Shown: positions 29,201-36,756, numbered from the stretch's first letter. The stretch is DNA of 44,780 nucleotides from an uncultured Gemmatimonadota bacterium (GCA_964490075.1 CAZBBK010000045.1:1-44780); one strand, 5' to 3'. Made by a program: numbers and translations. The notes: a model not told the origin generated them from the sequence alone.

Positions 29201-30156
29201 TCGATCTTCACCGTGGCGGCGACCTGGTCGAGCTCGAAGATCGTGCCGGGGCCGTCGAAGAAGGTGCTGCCGTCGCCGCCATCCAGCAGGTAGACCACTC
29301 CGACATCCTCGGTTCCGAGACCGGGAGCGCCCACCGCCAGGTCGGCACCGGGGATTCCGAGCGACAGGTCGAGGGTCGTCAGAGCCTTGCCCACCGCTTC
29401 CAGAGACTCCCCCCCCATGATTGTCACGTCGGCCGCGTCGCCGACCGAGAAGCTCCCCTGCCCCAACGGGCTCTTCATGACATAGACGGCACCGGCCTGG
29501 AACTGGCCGAGATTGCGCGCCCGCGGCGCACCCATCGCCAGGTCGACCTGCCCGTCGCCGTCGAAATCGCCCACGGCCAACGAGGATCCGAGGCGATCCT
29601 GAGCATCGACGCCGGAGAAGTCGACCACCGCTCCGGTCACCGGATCGTCGATGTCCCGCGGCGAGAGATCGGCCGAGATCGGGCCGGCAACGATCCACAC
29701 CTGGCCGGCCAGATCGGTGCCGAAGGAGGTGCCGATGACGAGGTCGGCGGCGCCGTCCGGCGCGCCGCCCGACGGAGAGATCACGTCTTCGATCAGAAGA
29801 GCGGTGCCCAGCTCGTGATTGGCCGCGGGCCCGATGTAGGTGGCGAAGGCCGGTGTATCTTTCAAGCGGATCTCGGTGGGGAAGCCCGAGCCGCCCTCGA
29901 CCACGTACACGGCTCCCGATGCGCCGCCGTTGACGGTCGAGAGCTGCGGTGCGCTGACGACCAGGTCGTTCACGCCATCGCCGGTCAGATCGCCGGCCGC
30001 GAGCGCCGCGCCGAAACTCGACCCCGCGCCGGCACCGACGATAGTCACATTGGTGTCTTTGGTGGCGGTATCGTACTCCGACAGACCGAGCGCGCCCGGC
30101 GCCAGGGCGAGAGTCGCGGGAATCGCTGCTGCGCAGAGGATCGATCGGTGGATCAC
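26251..30156 (-). CDS. large adhesin: 7 FG-GAP (integrin-alpha-like) repeats, 5 Ig-like repeats, T9SS type-B-like C-terminal domain
   Basis: FGAALAAGDLTGDGVNDLVVSAP-type repeats; DxxPPxV...AxDxxGN repeats; tail ISPG..DDKND...VFNRRGELV...WDG...GLYVY...GTVGVAR. Confidence 0.85.
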   Translation of the reverse strand: MIHRSILCAAAIPATLALAPGALGLSEYDTATKDTNVTIVGAGAGSSFGAALAAGDLTGDGVNDLVVSAPQLSTVNGGASGAVYVVEGGSGFPTEIRLKDTPAFATYIGPAANHELGTALLIEDVISPSGGAPDGAADLVIGTSFGTDLAGQVWIVAGPISADLSPRDIDDPVTGAVVDFSGVDAQDRLGSSLAVGDFDGDGQVDLAMGAPRARNLGQFQAGAVYVMKSPLGQGSFSVGDAADVTIMGGESLEAVGKALTTLDLSLGIPGADLAVGAPGLGTEDVGVVYLLDGGDGSTFFDGPGTIFELDQVAATVKIEGYGIGRAFGGGLASGDIDGDGLTDLCTVGASSFFGAIFVLRNTGAPWPAEISLDSSPPWLRFDDSGLNGAPDSIAVRLAVGQFHPEGHRDWGASEDLLIGTPARAGKRGGAFFMPGRSNFSGAPVSVADQSHTAIYGASGSERMGEAVAIADIDDDGRPDLIAGVSRGEDAELLRPGVVRVLLGGTPYSWAMSPAPGATNVLRNHDTVIRIYDEIMTGGVVGTLDEGVDRATIQFTVNDFPVPNELVEIRTPADEPGGDAQWKAEALVHWPEDSLGAGLNMSIVVEAHDEGGHPIVTEQWFYSIASDIESPFVVPGSTYPGALADTLGDVPLVTPIRARIEDNTAVRDSTVVMTVSFKRETELGGIYRDTVTVDLPDSSLTQINDRLVSIDYFTYADFFWTGLEPEDEPLRELFFPNDTVTVVLFAEDFVGNPLRDPRLFSFITIIDDEQPPYIAYPPIDGSTSPALAQTDVREDQRTEIQINDDGAGIRIRSWQWFCPACTTAAQAAEVLSDADKAELRPRILRIIPRSGDEPDTLNVSLDARFTDACGNGRTGYSGAPHCTKWTYFPNPQYRFNSEVRFLVTALDWAGNELVDEAYYFYTVEDLNPPFVVKTIPADGESAPTSVSVEVEIDDDISGLVDSTVVLSYETPAMGGYANIPLDDLEFQACDPPCNAGKRIVWIPEEAFPAGPVMMRVSATDKAENPMVPPYEWSFTASPDLIAPDIDITLLEQGRLVGDTTYTNPDSLGRSLCADIGSMVQEAVNVPKDSLLIVIEIEEPRLADTGIDLDEILVILNLSTAEQLLLVAAGDAAADAARVGTVTIDAEEDPEGVLRNVQISIRTDAISFGLGRRLSVEVEAADLEAGLPVPNWRSCNLFFTTTLSGLFNEPDPRIISPGLVDDKNDALVIQFPTGSARSNPFKVFNRRGELVAALSVDQNFSFETVVFSWDGRDAGGSLVPGGLYVYQYDAGNRVYSGTVGVAR

Positions 30157-30884
30157 GGCTGGCCCCCAACCGATAGGGTCGCGTCAGCATCCTGCGAGCC
30201 CCACATCCGATCGGCGGGACCGGGGGCCGCCTCGTCGGCCGGCGTCAGGTTGGAGCGTACGATCTTGATCTCGACCCGCCGATTGCGCTGGCGCCCCTCG
30301 GGCGTGTCGTTGGAGTCGATCGGCTTGTGCTCGCCGTATCCCATCAGCTGAAGATCCTCGGGCCCGAAGTAGCCCCGATCGAGGTAGTAGCGGACGACGG
30401 AGACCGCGCGGGCCGCCGACAGCTCCCAGTTGGACGGGAACTGAGGGGTGTGGATCGGCACGTTGTCGGTGTGGCCCTCCACACGCACCGTCGCGGGTCC
30501 ATAGGTCAGCAGGTTGTCGCGGATGATTCGGTAGGCCTCGTCGAGCACCGGCAGGGCCGCGGGTTTGAGCTGCGCGCGCCCGGAGTCGTAGAGCACCTTG
30601 CCGGAGATCCGGAGCACCACCTCGCCCGGCTGGAACTCCCGCTCCACCAAGTTCTCGCGCTCCTGGTACTCGGCCAGCGCCTTTTCCAGCTCGCCGATCC
30701 TCCCGGCCTTCTCCACCGCGAAGAAGAGGATGAAGAACACCATGAGCAGCGACACCAGGTCGGAGTAGGTCACCACCCAGGGCGGCGACCCGGTCACCTC
30801 TCGGTCGACGATTCTGGGCCTGAGCAGGTCCTTCCAGCCGCTGCCCCGGCGCGCTTCTTCCTTGGAGGTTGGTCTCAGGTCCAT
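30153..30884 (-). CDS. motB: stator protein MotB (OmpA-like peptidoglycan-binding domain)
   Basis: WVVTYSDLVSLLMVFF TM with conserved Asp; EGHTDNVP, SNWELSAARA, NRRVEI. Confidence 0.92.
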   Translation of the reverse strand: MDLRPTSKEEARRGSGWKDLLRPRIVDREVTGSPPWVVTYSDLVSLLMVFFILFFAVEKAGRIGELEKALAEYQERENLVEREFQPGEVVLRISGKVLYDSGRAQLKPAALPVLDEAYRIIRDNLLTYGPATVRVEGHTDNVPIHTPQFPSNWELSAARAVSVVRYYLDRGYFGPEDLQLMGYGEHKPIDSNDTPEGRQRNRRVEIKIVRSNLTPADEAAPGPADRMWGSQDADATLSVGGQP

Positions 30885-30909
30885 GGTCGCTGCTTCCCGC
30901 CGCCCGACG

Positions 30910-31653
30910 TCACTTCGTGGCCACGAACGTGTCGAGCTTCTCTTTCACCAGGCGGGTCGTATCTCCGGCCTGAATGGAGAGCACGCCCATGATCATCATG
31001 TCGCGGACCTTCTGATCTTCCTCGTTGTGAGTTCGGAACTTCGCCGCGATCGGCACGAACACCAAACCGGCCAGGGCGATTCCGTAGAAGGTCGTCACCA
31101 GTGCGACCGCCATGTTGCGGGGAATCGCCTCGGTGTTCTCGACGTTGTTGAGCATCAAGATCAGACCGATGACGGTACCGAGCAGTCCGAACATCGGCGC
31201 CACCTGCCCGAGCTGTGCGAAGACGCGCTCCGAGAGGCGGTACTCTTCTGCCAGAATCTGCGAGCGGGTCTGCATGATGTACTGGATCTGGTCGGGATCG
31301 ACGCCGTCGGCGAGCAGCTCCACGCCCGCGCTCAGGAAGTCCAGGTTGCGCCCGCCGCCCTGCACCGAGAGGTTGACGAAGCCCTCCCGCCGGGCGCGCT
31401 TGGCGACATCCAGGAGCAGCTCGTAGCCGTCGTCGCAGCGCGGCGGCGGCGCGAAGATCACGCGCAGGTAGCGCACGAACGAGCCCCCGAGCTGGCGCAC
31501 CCGGTAGGTGACCAGCGCGGAGAGGAAGGTGCCGCCCACAGTGATCGCCACCCCCATCGGATTGACGAACCAACTGGGATCGCCTTCTTGCATCACGGCG
31601 GTCACGATCAGCGCGACCCCCATGAGGAGGCCGATGATACTCAGGACCCCCAT
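30910..31653 (-). CDS. motA: stator protein MotA
   Basis: ARREG, APMFGLLGTVIGL, MAVALVTTFYG, FVPIA motifs; four TM segments. Confidence 0.92.
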   Translation of the reverse strand: MGVLSIIGLLMGVALIVTAVMQEGDPSWFVNPMGVAITVGGTFLSALVTYRVRQLGGSFVRYLRVIFAPPPRCDDGYELLLDVAKRARREGFVNLSVQGGGRNLDFLSAGVELLADGVDPDQIQYIMQTRSQILAEEYRLSERVFAQLGQVAPMFGLLGTVIGLILMLNNVENTEAIPRNMAVALVTTFYGIALAGLVFVPIAAKFRTHNEEDQKVRDMMIMGVLSIQAGDTTRLVKEKLDTFVATK

Positions 31654-31868
31654 TGGTTCTCCTTTCGTTGCAGGATCTTCGCCGGCCCGGCGCCGATCTC
31701 GCGCCGGTAGGCGATCACGCGTTCGACCAGCTCGGCCGGTGTATCGCGCACCACGATCGACTTGCCGGTCACGAGCGTGATGATCGTATCGGGCCGCTCC
31801 CGGATCTCCTGGATCAGCTCCGCATTGAGCACCATCTCACCTCCGTCGAGTCGCCGCACGCGAATCAT
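31641..31868 (-). CDS. flbD: flagellar FlbD/SwrD family small protein
   Basis: MIRVRRLDG..MVLNAELIQEI..RPDTIITLVTG..IVVRD; canonical position upstream of motA. Confidence 0.88.
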   Translation of the reverse strand: MIRVRRLDGGEMVLNAELIQEIRERPDTIITLVTGKSIVVRDTPAELVERVIAYRREIGAGPAKILQRKENQWGS

Positions 31869-31887
31869 CTTCGCCCCGCGGTCCGAA

Positions 31888-33426
31888 TCATGCCTGGGGC
31901 TCTGTCACTTCCGCTTGGGGCGCTCCCGGGGCCGAGATCCGACCCGAGGTGATCAGGGAACGGGCCGCGCGAACGACCCTGAGCTGAGCGTCCGAAACCT
32001 GCTCATCCGACTGGTAGGGCAAGACTTCGAGCTCTTCTTCCAGCATCTCCAAGACACGCTCGGAGCAGTTGCGGAAGAACTTCTCTCTGATCTCTCTCTG
32101 GGCGCGCTTGAGCGCGGACGCCAGGTGAGAGAGCTCCATGGCGCCGATGATGTGCTTGATCGCGATCTCGTCGAGCGCCAGAACGTCCTCGAATAGGAAG
32201 ACCTCCTCCTTGGCCACTCGGGCGAGCTCCGGATCGCGGGCGGCGAGCGCGTCGATGAGCTGCTTCGCGAGGGTCGTATCGACCCGCGACATCACGCTCC
32301 TGAGAACATCCTCGCCGCCGATCGAGATCTCGTCGGGCCGCAGGATCTCGGTATCGAGCTTGCTTTGCAGGACCTCCCGCAGGGTCTGCAGGTCGGCGGC
32401 GCTGGCGCGCACGCCACGCCCCATCTCCTCCATGACCCTGCCTTGCAGGTCGTGGCTGAAGCCGGAGAGCAAGTTGGCCGTGCGGTCGGTGGGGAGCGCC
32501 GTCAGAATGACGGCGATGTCGTGCGCCTCATGGTCCTTCAGCAAGCCGAGCATCTGCTCGTCGCTGAGAGCCTTGAGGAATGAGAAGCTGCGCTCTTGAA
32601 TCGGGACGATCGCGTTCCTTGGCATGGCCTCCGGTTCCGTTTCCGTGATCGTGGCTTCCGCAAGGTCGCCCTCGCCTCCGCCACCTTCTTCGGTAATGCC
32701 GCTGCCCGCGAGGTCCATCTCGGCACCGGCATCGGCGGCCTCTTCCTCCGCGGCGCGGCGCTGGCCGATGGCGCGCAAGATGAGGAACAGGCTGAGCACG
32801 ATCAGGGCCGCCAGGAAGAGCCCCAGCACCGCCAGCGAGATCAGGCGGCTACGTTCGGCGGCTCCCATCGACTCATCGAAATCGAGCGGGCGCAGATCGA
32901 CGACATCGCCTCGATCCAGATCCAACCCGGCCCAGATCGGCACCATGGAGCGGATGCGTAGGACGAGGGCCTGATCCAAATCGGGCTCGTGGAACACCCG
33001 CACCTGGATCCTCGTGATGGCCGATCGGTTGCGGGCGTCGGTGACGGTGCGCGAGCGCGCGACCGGCAGTCCCGGGAGCGATGCGAGCGGATCGAAGGCG
33101 GTGCCTTCGAGGGCCGCGTCCACCCTCGTTTGCGCCACATCGATGTCGACCGAAACCAGCACCCGATGCTCGCCCAGCATCTCGCCCAGCATCGCCTCGA
33201 TGCGGGAAGACATCTCGCGCTCGAGTGCGACCTCCTCGACCGATCGCTGGGAAAGCAGCGCTCCGGCGGCCGTATCGGGCTGGGCCAACGATGTGATCTG
33301 GGCGTTGCAGGGCAGCGAAGCCACCGAACAAAACGCCAACAGGGCGAGGAGGCTGCCGCAGCACTTGCCTCTTCGCCCATCACGAGATTCGGTATGGTGG
33401 AAGATTGCGTTTGAGATCGCGGTCAC
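31888..33426 (-). CDS. FliF ring (RBM3-like) domain - TM - FliG middle/C-terminal domain fusion protein
   Basis: Signal peptide; EREMSSRIEAMLGEMLG..VSVDID, LPG, ITRIQV, AGLDLDRGDVVDL (FliF C-terminal); TM; FSFL..HEAHDIAVIL, GGED, DPELA..VFLFEDV, FFRNCSER..EEE (FliG). Confidence 0.8.
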   Translation of the reverse strand: MTAISNAIFHHTESRDGRRGKCCGSLLALLAFCSVASLPCNAQITSLAQPDTAAGALLSQRSVEEVALEREMSSRIEAMLGEMLGEHRVLVSVDIDVAQTRVDAALEGTAFDPLASLPGLPVARSRTVTDARNRSAITRIQVRVFHEPDLDQALVLRIRSMVPIWAGLDLDRGDVVDLRPLDFDESMGAAERSRLISLAVLGLFLAALIVLSLFLILRAIGQRRAAEEEAADAGAEMDLAGSGITEEGGGGEGDLAEATITETEPEAMPRNAIVPIQERSFSFLKALSDEQMLGLLKDHEAHDIAVILTALPTDRTANLLSGFSHDLQGRVMEEMGRGVRASAADLQTLREVLQSKLDTEILRPDEISIGGEDVLRSVMSRVDTTLAKQLIDALAARDPELARVAKEEVFLFEDVLALDEIAIKHIIGAMELSHLASALKRAQREIREKFFRNCSERVLEMLEEELEVLPYQSDEQVSDAQLRVVRAARSLITSGRISAPGAPQAEVTEPQA

Positions 33427-33439
33427 GGTTCCCCCCGCT

Positions 33440-33474
33440 TGGGGCGGCGCAACCGCTTTCGTTGCGCCGCCCCA
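33440..33474. other. perfect 14-bp intercistronic hairpin
   Basis: TGGGGCGGCGCAAC-CGCTTTC-GTTGCGCCGCCCCA between wzc and the FliF-FliG gene; no U-tract. Confidence 0.6.
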
Positions 33475-33512
33475 GGGTTCGATCGACTGGGCGCGAAGGA
33501 GCTTTACCCGGA

Positions 33513-35687
33513 TCAGGCTTCCGCCTGCGCGGTCTCCTCTGCGTAGCCATAGGTTTCGGTGTAGCGGTAGCCGTAGTAGTGGTAGTACCCGAAGCCGCTC
33601 TCCGCCGCGTTGTTGAGCAACGCACCGACGAAGTTGGCACCCACTCGACGCAACCGCTCGACCGTCTTCTGCGCGGTGTGACGCTGCGTCGCCTCTTCCT
33701 TCAGCATCAGCAGCACGCCATCGACGCGCGAGGCCACCAGCGAAGTGTCGACGATCGGAAGCACCGCGGGAGAGTCGACGATCACGAAGTAATCGTTGGC
33801 GCGCAGGTGCTCCAAGAGCTGGTCGAAGCGCTCGGAGTTGAGCAGCCGTGCCGGGTTGACCGGCTGGCGACCCGCGGTGATCACCTTGAAGCCACCGATC
33901 TCGGTGTCTTTCAGGATCTCGTCGACCGTGAGCTCGTCCGACAGGTACTCGCTCAGCCCACCGTCGCGCTCCAGGAGGAAGATCTGGTGCAGATAGGTGC
34001 GGCGCAGGTCGCCGTCGATCAGCACCACCTTCCTGCCGTCGAGGGCCATCGAGCGGGCCAGATTCACGGCGGTGAGGGTCTTCCCCTCGCCCTGGAAGCC
34101 GGAAGTCACCAGGAGGCTCCAGGTATCACGCTTGGGGAAGGAGTACTCGATGTTGGCGCGCACGATGTTGTAGGCCTCGGCGATCCGCGCCCGCGGCTTG
34201 GAGAAGTCGACGTAGCGCTCGTCCTGCCCGAAGCGCGGGATGACTCCCACGATGGGGGTGCCGACCTGGCGCTCGATGCGGGCATTGAACTTCACGCGTG
34301 GATCGAGGTTCTCGATCACGATCGCCAGGATGCCGCCGATGACGCCGCCAACGACGTAGCCCATGGCCATCAAGAGCCAGATATTCGGGCGTACGGAGGG
34401 AGCGATATCGGCTGCCTCGAGCACCTGAAGATTGCCCTGAGCGGTCTCCTTGACCATCCGGGCCTCTTCGTACTTCTTCAACAGGGAGAAGTAGGTGTTC
34501 TCCAGACCGCTCTTCTCTCGTTCCAGGCGGGCCAGGGCGAGGTTGTCCTCGGGCGCGGTGCGAAGCCGCTCCTCGATCTCGTTGATCAGGCGCCGGATTT
34601 CGCTCTGGCGCGCCTTCTCACGCATGATCTCGGTGCGTCCGTTGGCAAGGCGTTGCACCAGATCCTGACGGACCGGATTCACAGCGCGGGTCTCGACGCG
34701 CACGCCTCGTTCGTCGTTGGCGTCCAACATGCCGCGCAGACGATCGACGCTGCGCCGCAGCGAGCGGACCCGCGGGTGCTCCTCGGTGTAGTTGGTCAGG
34801 AGCTTGGCCAGCTCGGTCTCGAGGTTGATGATCTCGACGTGCAACGGCGTCGAGTAGGTCGCCTCCTTCACGATCAGCGAGTCGGTCATCGCCAAACGCG
34901 CCGCCTGGTAGTCCAGCGCCGTCTCGCTCGAGCGGATGCTGACCTGGGCGTCGTTGTAGGCGTTGGTGAGAGACGACAGGCGACCGATCCGAGCCGCGTT
35001 TTCGTTCTTGAGGTTGCGGTAGCCCTTGCTCTGCACGAAGTCCTTGATCCGCTCCTCGGCCTTCATCAGCTGGATCTTGGTCTTCTCGAGCTGCTCGCCG
35101 AGGGTCTGGTAGGCACCGCCGGTCGAGGAGCTGTAGATCGTTTCGACTTCATCGACCGCCACCGCCGCCATCTCGCGGCAGATGCTCTGCGCCAGCTCCC
35201 TCTGGGGATGCGTCACGGCGATCTCCAGGATGTTGGTCTGGCGCTGAGGCGTGAAGGCGATGTGGGAGCGCAGCTCACCGGCGGACATCGGCAGATTGAG
35301 CCGCGTCAAGACCTTCTTGAGAACGTCCTCGGTCCTCAGGATCTCGACGAAGGTGGTCATCGACTGCGAGGGCACGTAGGTGAGCTTCTGGTTCATCACC
35401 ACCAACCCGCCGCCCGATTCCAGGAGCAGCCGGGTGGTCGACCGGAAGAACTCCTCCTGCGATGCGGCGCGCCAGCCGCCCACCGCCAGGCCGAGAATCG
35501 AGACGCACAGGATCAACCTCCAGCGCCGCCGCACCATCGCCATATAGTGCCGAATATCAAAGGCCCCGAGATCGCTCCCGCCGCCGCCGAGGAGATCGCT
35601 CATCCCCGAGTCGGAGTCCAACGGGTCGTTCAGACCGTCGATTTCGATCTGCTTGCTTCCATGGAGTCGTCGTCTGTCTGGACCCAT
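33513..35687 (-). CDS. wzc: polysaccharide co-polymerase / tyrosine autokinase (Wzc/GumC family)
   Basis: Two TMs flanking a coiled coil (YTEEHPRV), Walker A QGEGKT, IDGDLR, IVDSP, C-terminal Tyr cluster GYYHYYGYRY. Confidence 0.92.
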   Translation of the reverse strand: MGPDRRRLHGSKQIEIDGLNDPLDSDSGMSDLLGGGGSDLGAFDIRHYMAMVRRRWRLILCVSILGLAVGGWRAASQEEFFRSTTRLLLESGGGLVVMNQKLTYVPSQSMTTFVEILRTEDVLKKVLTRLNLPMSAGELRSHIAFTPQRQTNILEIAVTHPQRELAQSICREMAAVAVDEVETIYSSSTGGAYQTLGEQLEKTKIQLMKAEERIKDFVQSKGYRNLKNENAARIGRLSSLTNAYNDAQVSIRSSETALDYQAARLAMTDSLIVKEATYSTPLHVEIINLETELAKLLTNYTEEHPRVRSLRRSVDRLRGMLDANDERGVRVETRAVNPVRQDLVQRLANGRTEIMREKARQSEIRRLINEIEERLRTAPEDNLALARLEREKSGLENTYFSLLKKYEEARMVKETAQGNLQVLEAADIAPSVRPNIWLLMAMGYVVGGVIGGILAIVIENLDPRVKFNARIERQVGTPIVGVIPRFGQDERYVDFSKPRARIAEAYNIVRANIEYSFPKRDTWSLLVTSGFQGEGKTLTAVNLARSMALDGRKVVLIDGDLRRTYLHQIFLLERDGGLSEYLSDELTVDEILKDTEIGGFKVITAGRQPVNPARLLNSERFDQLLEHLRANDYFVIVDSPAVLPIVDTSLVASRVDGVLLMLKEEATQRHTAQKTVERLRRVGANFVGALLNNAAESGFGYYHYYGYRYTETYGYAEETAQAEA

Positions 35688-35764
35688 CTTTTTATACCTC
35701 GTCTGTTCGCCCCCGCCACCACGACGGAAGCCTTGGACTACCGGCTACGGTTCGATCGATCTCA

Positions 35765-36415
35765 TCACGAGAAACGGTCATAGAGGAAGATACTCACGCC
35801 GAGGAGATACACGGTGTTGGTGAGATAATGCCACTTGAACTTGAAGTTCTCGCGGACATAGAGAGCATCGCCCGGATAGAGCATCAGATCTTCGCGCTCG
35901 CGAATATCTCCTTCGCTCTTCCAGACTGATTCGAGAGAGATGTTCTTCACCTCTCCCGTGTTTTTGAACACGCGCACACGCTTGACCTCTTGATCGATCG
36001 CGCCTCCGGCCAGGGTGAGGGCATCGATGATCGAGATCGGCTCGAAGAGCTGATAAGTCCCCGGCGAACGAACAGCGCCCTGCACCGAGAGATTCGAACG
36101 GAAGAACCTGGTCACGTAGACCGTAACCGCCGCGTCGCGGGCGTACGGCTTGATCTTCTCCGCGATGATCTCCGAGAGCTGCCGGGGGGTAAAGCCGCGC
36201 GTGAACACGTCGCCGACCAACGGGTAGCTGATCATTCCATCGGGCCGGACTTGCGTCGTGAGGCTGAACTCGGGATGGTCCAGAACCTGGATCTTGACGC
36301 CATCTCCGCCGCGGATCGTGTATTCCTCCGCCACGGCCTGTCGGCCACAGAAGAGAAAGAGCAGCACGCTGAGCGCTGCGATCCACTTTGTTGACGCTGA
36401 TCTGGTCGATCTCAC
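35765..36415 (-). CDS. wza: polysaccharide export protein (Wza/OPX family, short form)
   Basis: YTIRGGD, VRPDGMISYPLVG, SLBB VQGAVRSPG, LTLAGG, LYPGD, C-terminal amphipathic helix. Confidence 0.88.
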   Translation of the reverse strand: MRSTRSASTKWIAALSVLLFLFCGRQAVAEEYTIRGGDGVKIQVLDHPEFSLTTQVRPDGMISYPLVGDVFTRGFTPRQLSEIIAEKIKPYARDAAVTVYVTRFFRSNLSVQGAVRSPGTYQLFEPISIIDALTLAGGAIDQEVKRVRVFKNTGEVKNISLESVWKSEGDIREREDLMLYPGDALYVRENFKFKWHYLTNTVYLLGVSIFLYDRFS

Positions 36416-36482
36416 GATCTAACTCCCGTGGCGCCCCTTGAGCCGGAGGCAGGGACGCCGATGTCGGCTGCGACGCTGAATG

Positions 36483-36497
36483 GCAAGGACCGTGCCA
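36483..36497 (-). promoter_or_regulatory. sigma54 -24/-12 promoter of the wza-motor-adhesin operon
   Basis: Minus strand TGGCACG-GTCC-TTGC, matching the TGGCACG-N4-TTGC consensus, 68 bp upstream of the wza GTG. Confidence 0.8.
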
Positions 36498-36746
36498 CCA
36501 TCATAGGCCAGCACGAACCATCCAAGCACCTGCATTCTAACCGCTTTACGCCTGGCATATCGCCAAGGAATCTAGCAAGTTCTGCCCCCCCGCGACTCGA
36601 ATCTCGCGATTTCCCCCACTTGCGTGAGGAGATTCCCACAGGCCGGCGGTCAAACCTGGGAGTCATCGGCGCTCGTCCTCGTTGGGGAGCTACTGAGTAC
36701 GGGAGCGTCGAGCCCCCGCGAGGGAGAGTCTAGCGCAAGCGAAAAC

Positions 36747-36756
36747 GGGGGGGGGG
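36747..36756. repeat. G10 homopolymer next to a T-rich tract
   Basis: AAAAC-G10-ACGAC-TTTTTCTTTTTTT in the divergent intergenic region. Confidence 0.7.

Noticed and set aside
28600-30050. Repeated sequence as a DNA repeat array or CRISPR
   Set aside because: The repeats are degenerate protein-level FG-GAP units. No identical spaced repeats or cas genes occur in the window.
31641-31868. FlbD as the sigma54 activator of the operon
   Set aside because: Name clash only. This is the 75-aa FlbD/SwrD family protein, not the Caulobacter NtrC-like FlbD, and it has no AAA+ domain.
30153-33426. Ordinary flagellar gene cluster or decaying flagellar remnant
   Set aside because: The ORFs are intact with key residues kept and are translationally coupled to non-flagellar genes, and no other flagellar genes flank them. 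The rest of the genome is unseen, so this is not fully excluded.
36534-36546. ops/JUMPstart element upstream of wza
   Set aside because: AGCGGTTAG only loosely resembles GGCGGTAG and lies upstream of the predicted sigma54 start, so it would not be transcribed.
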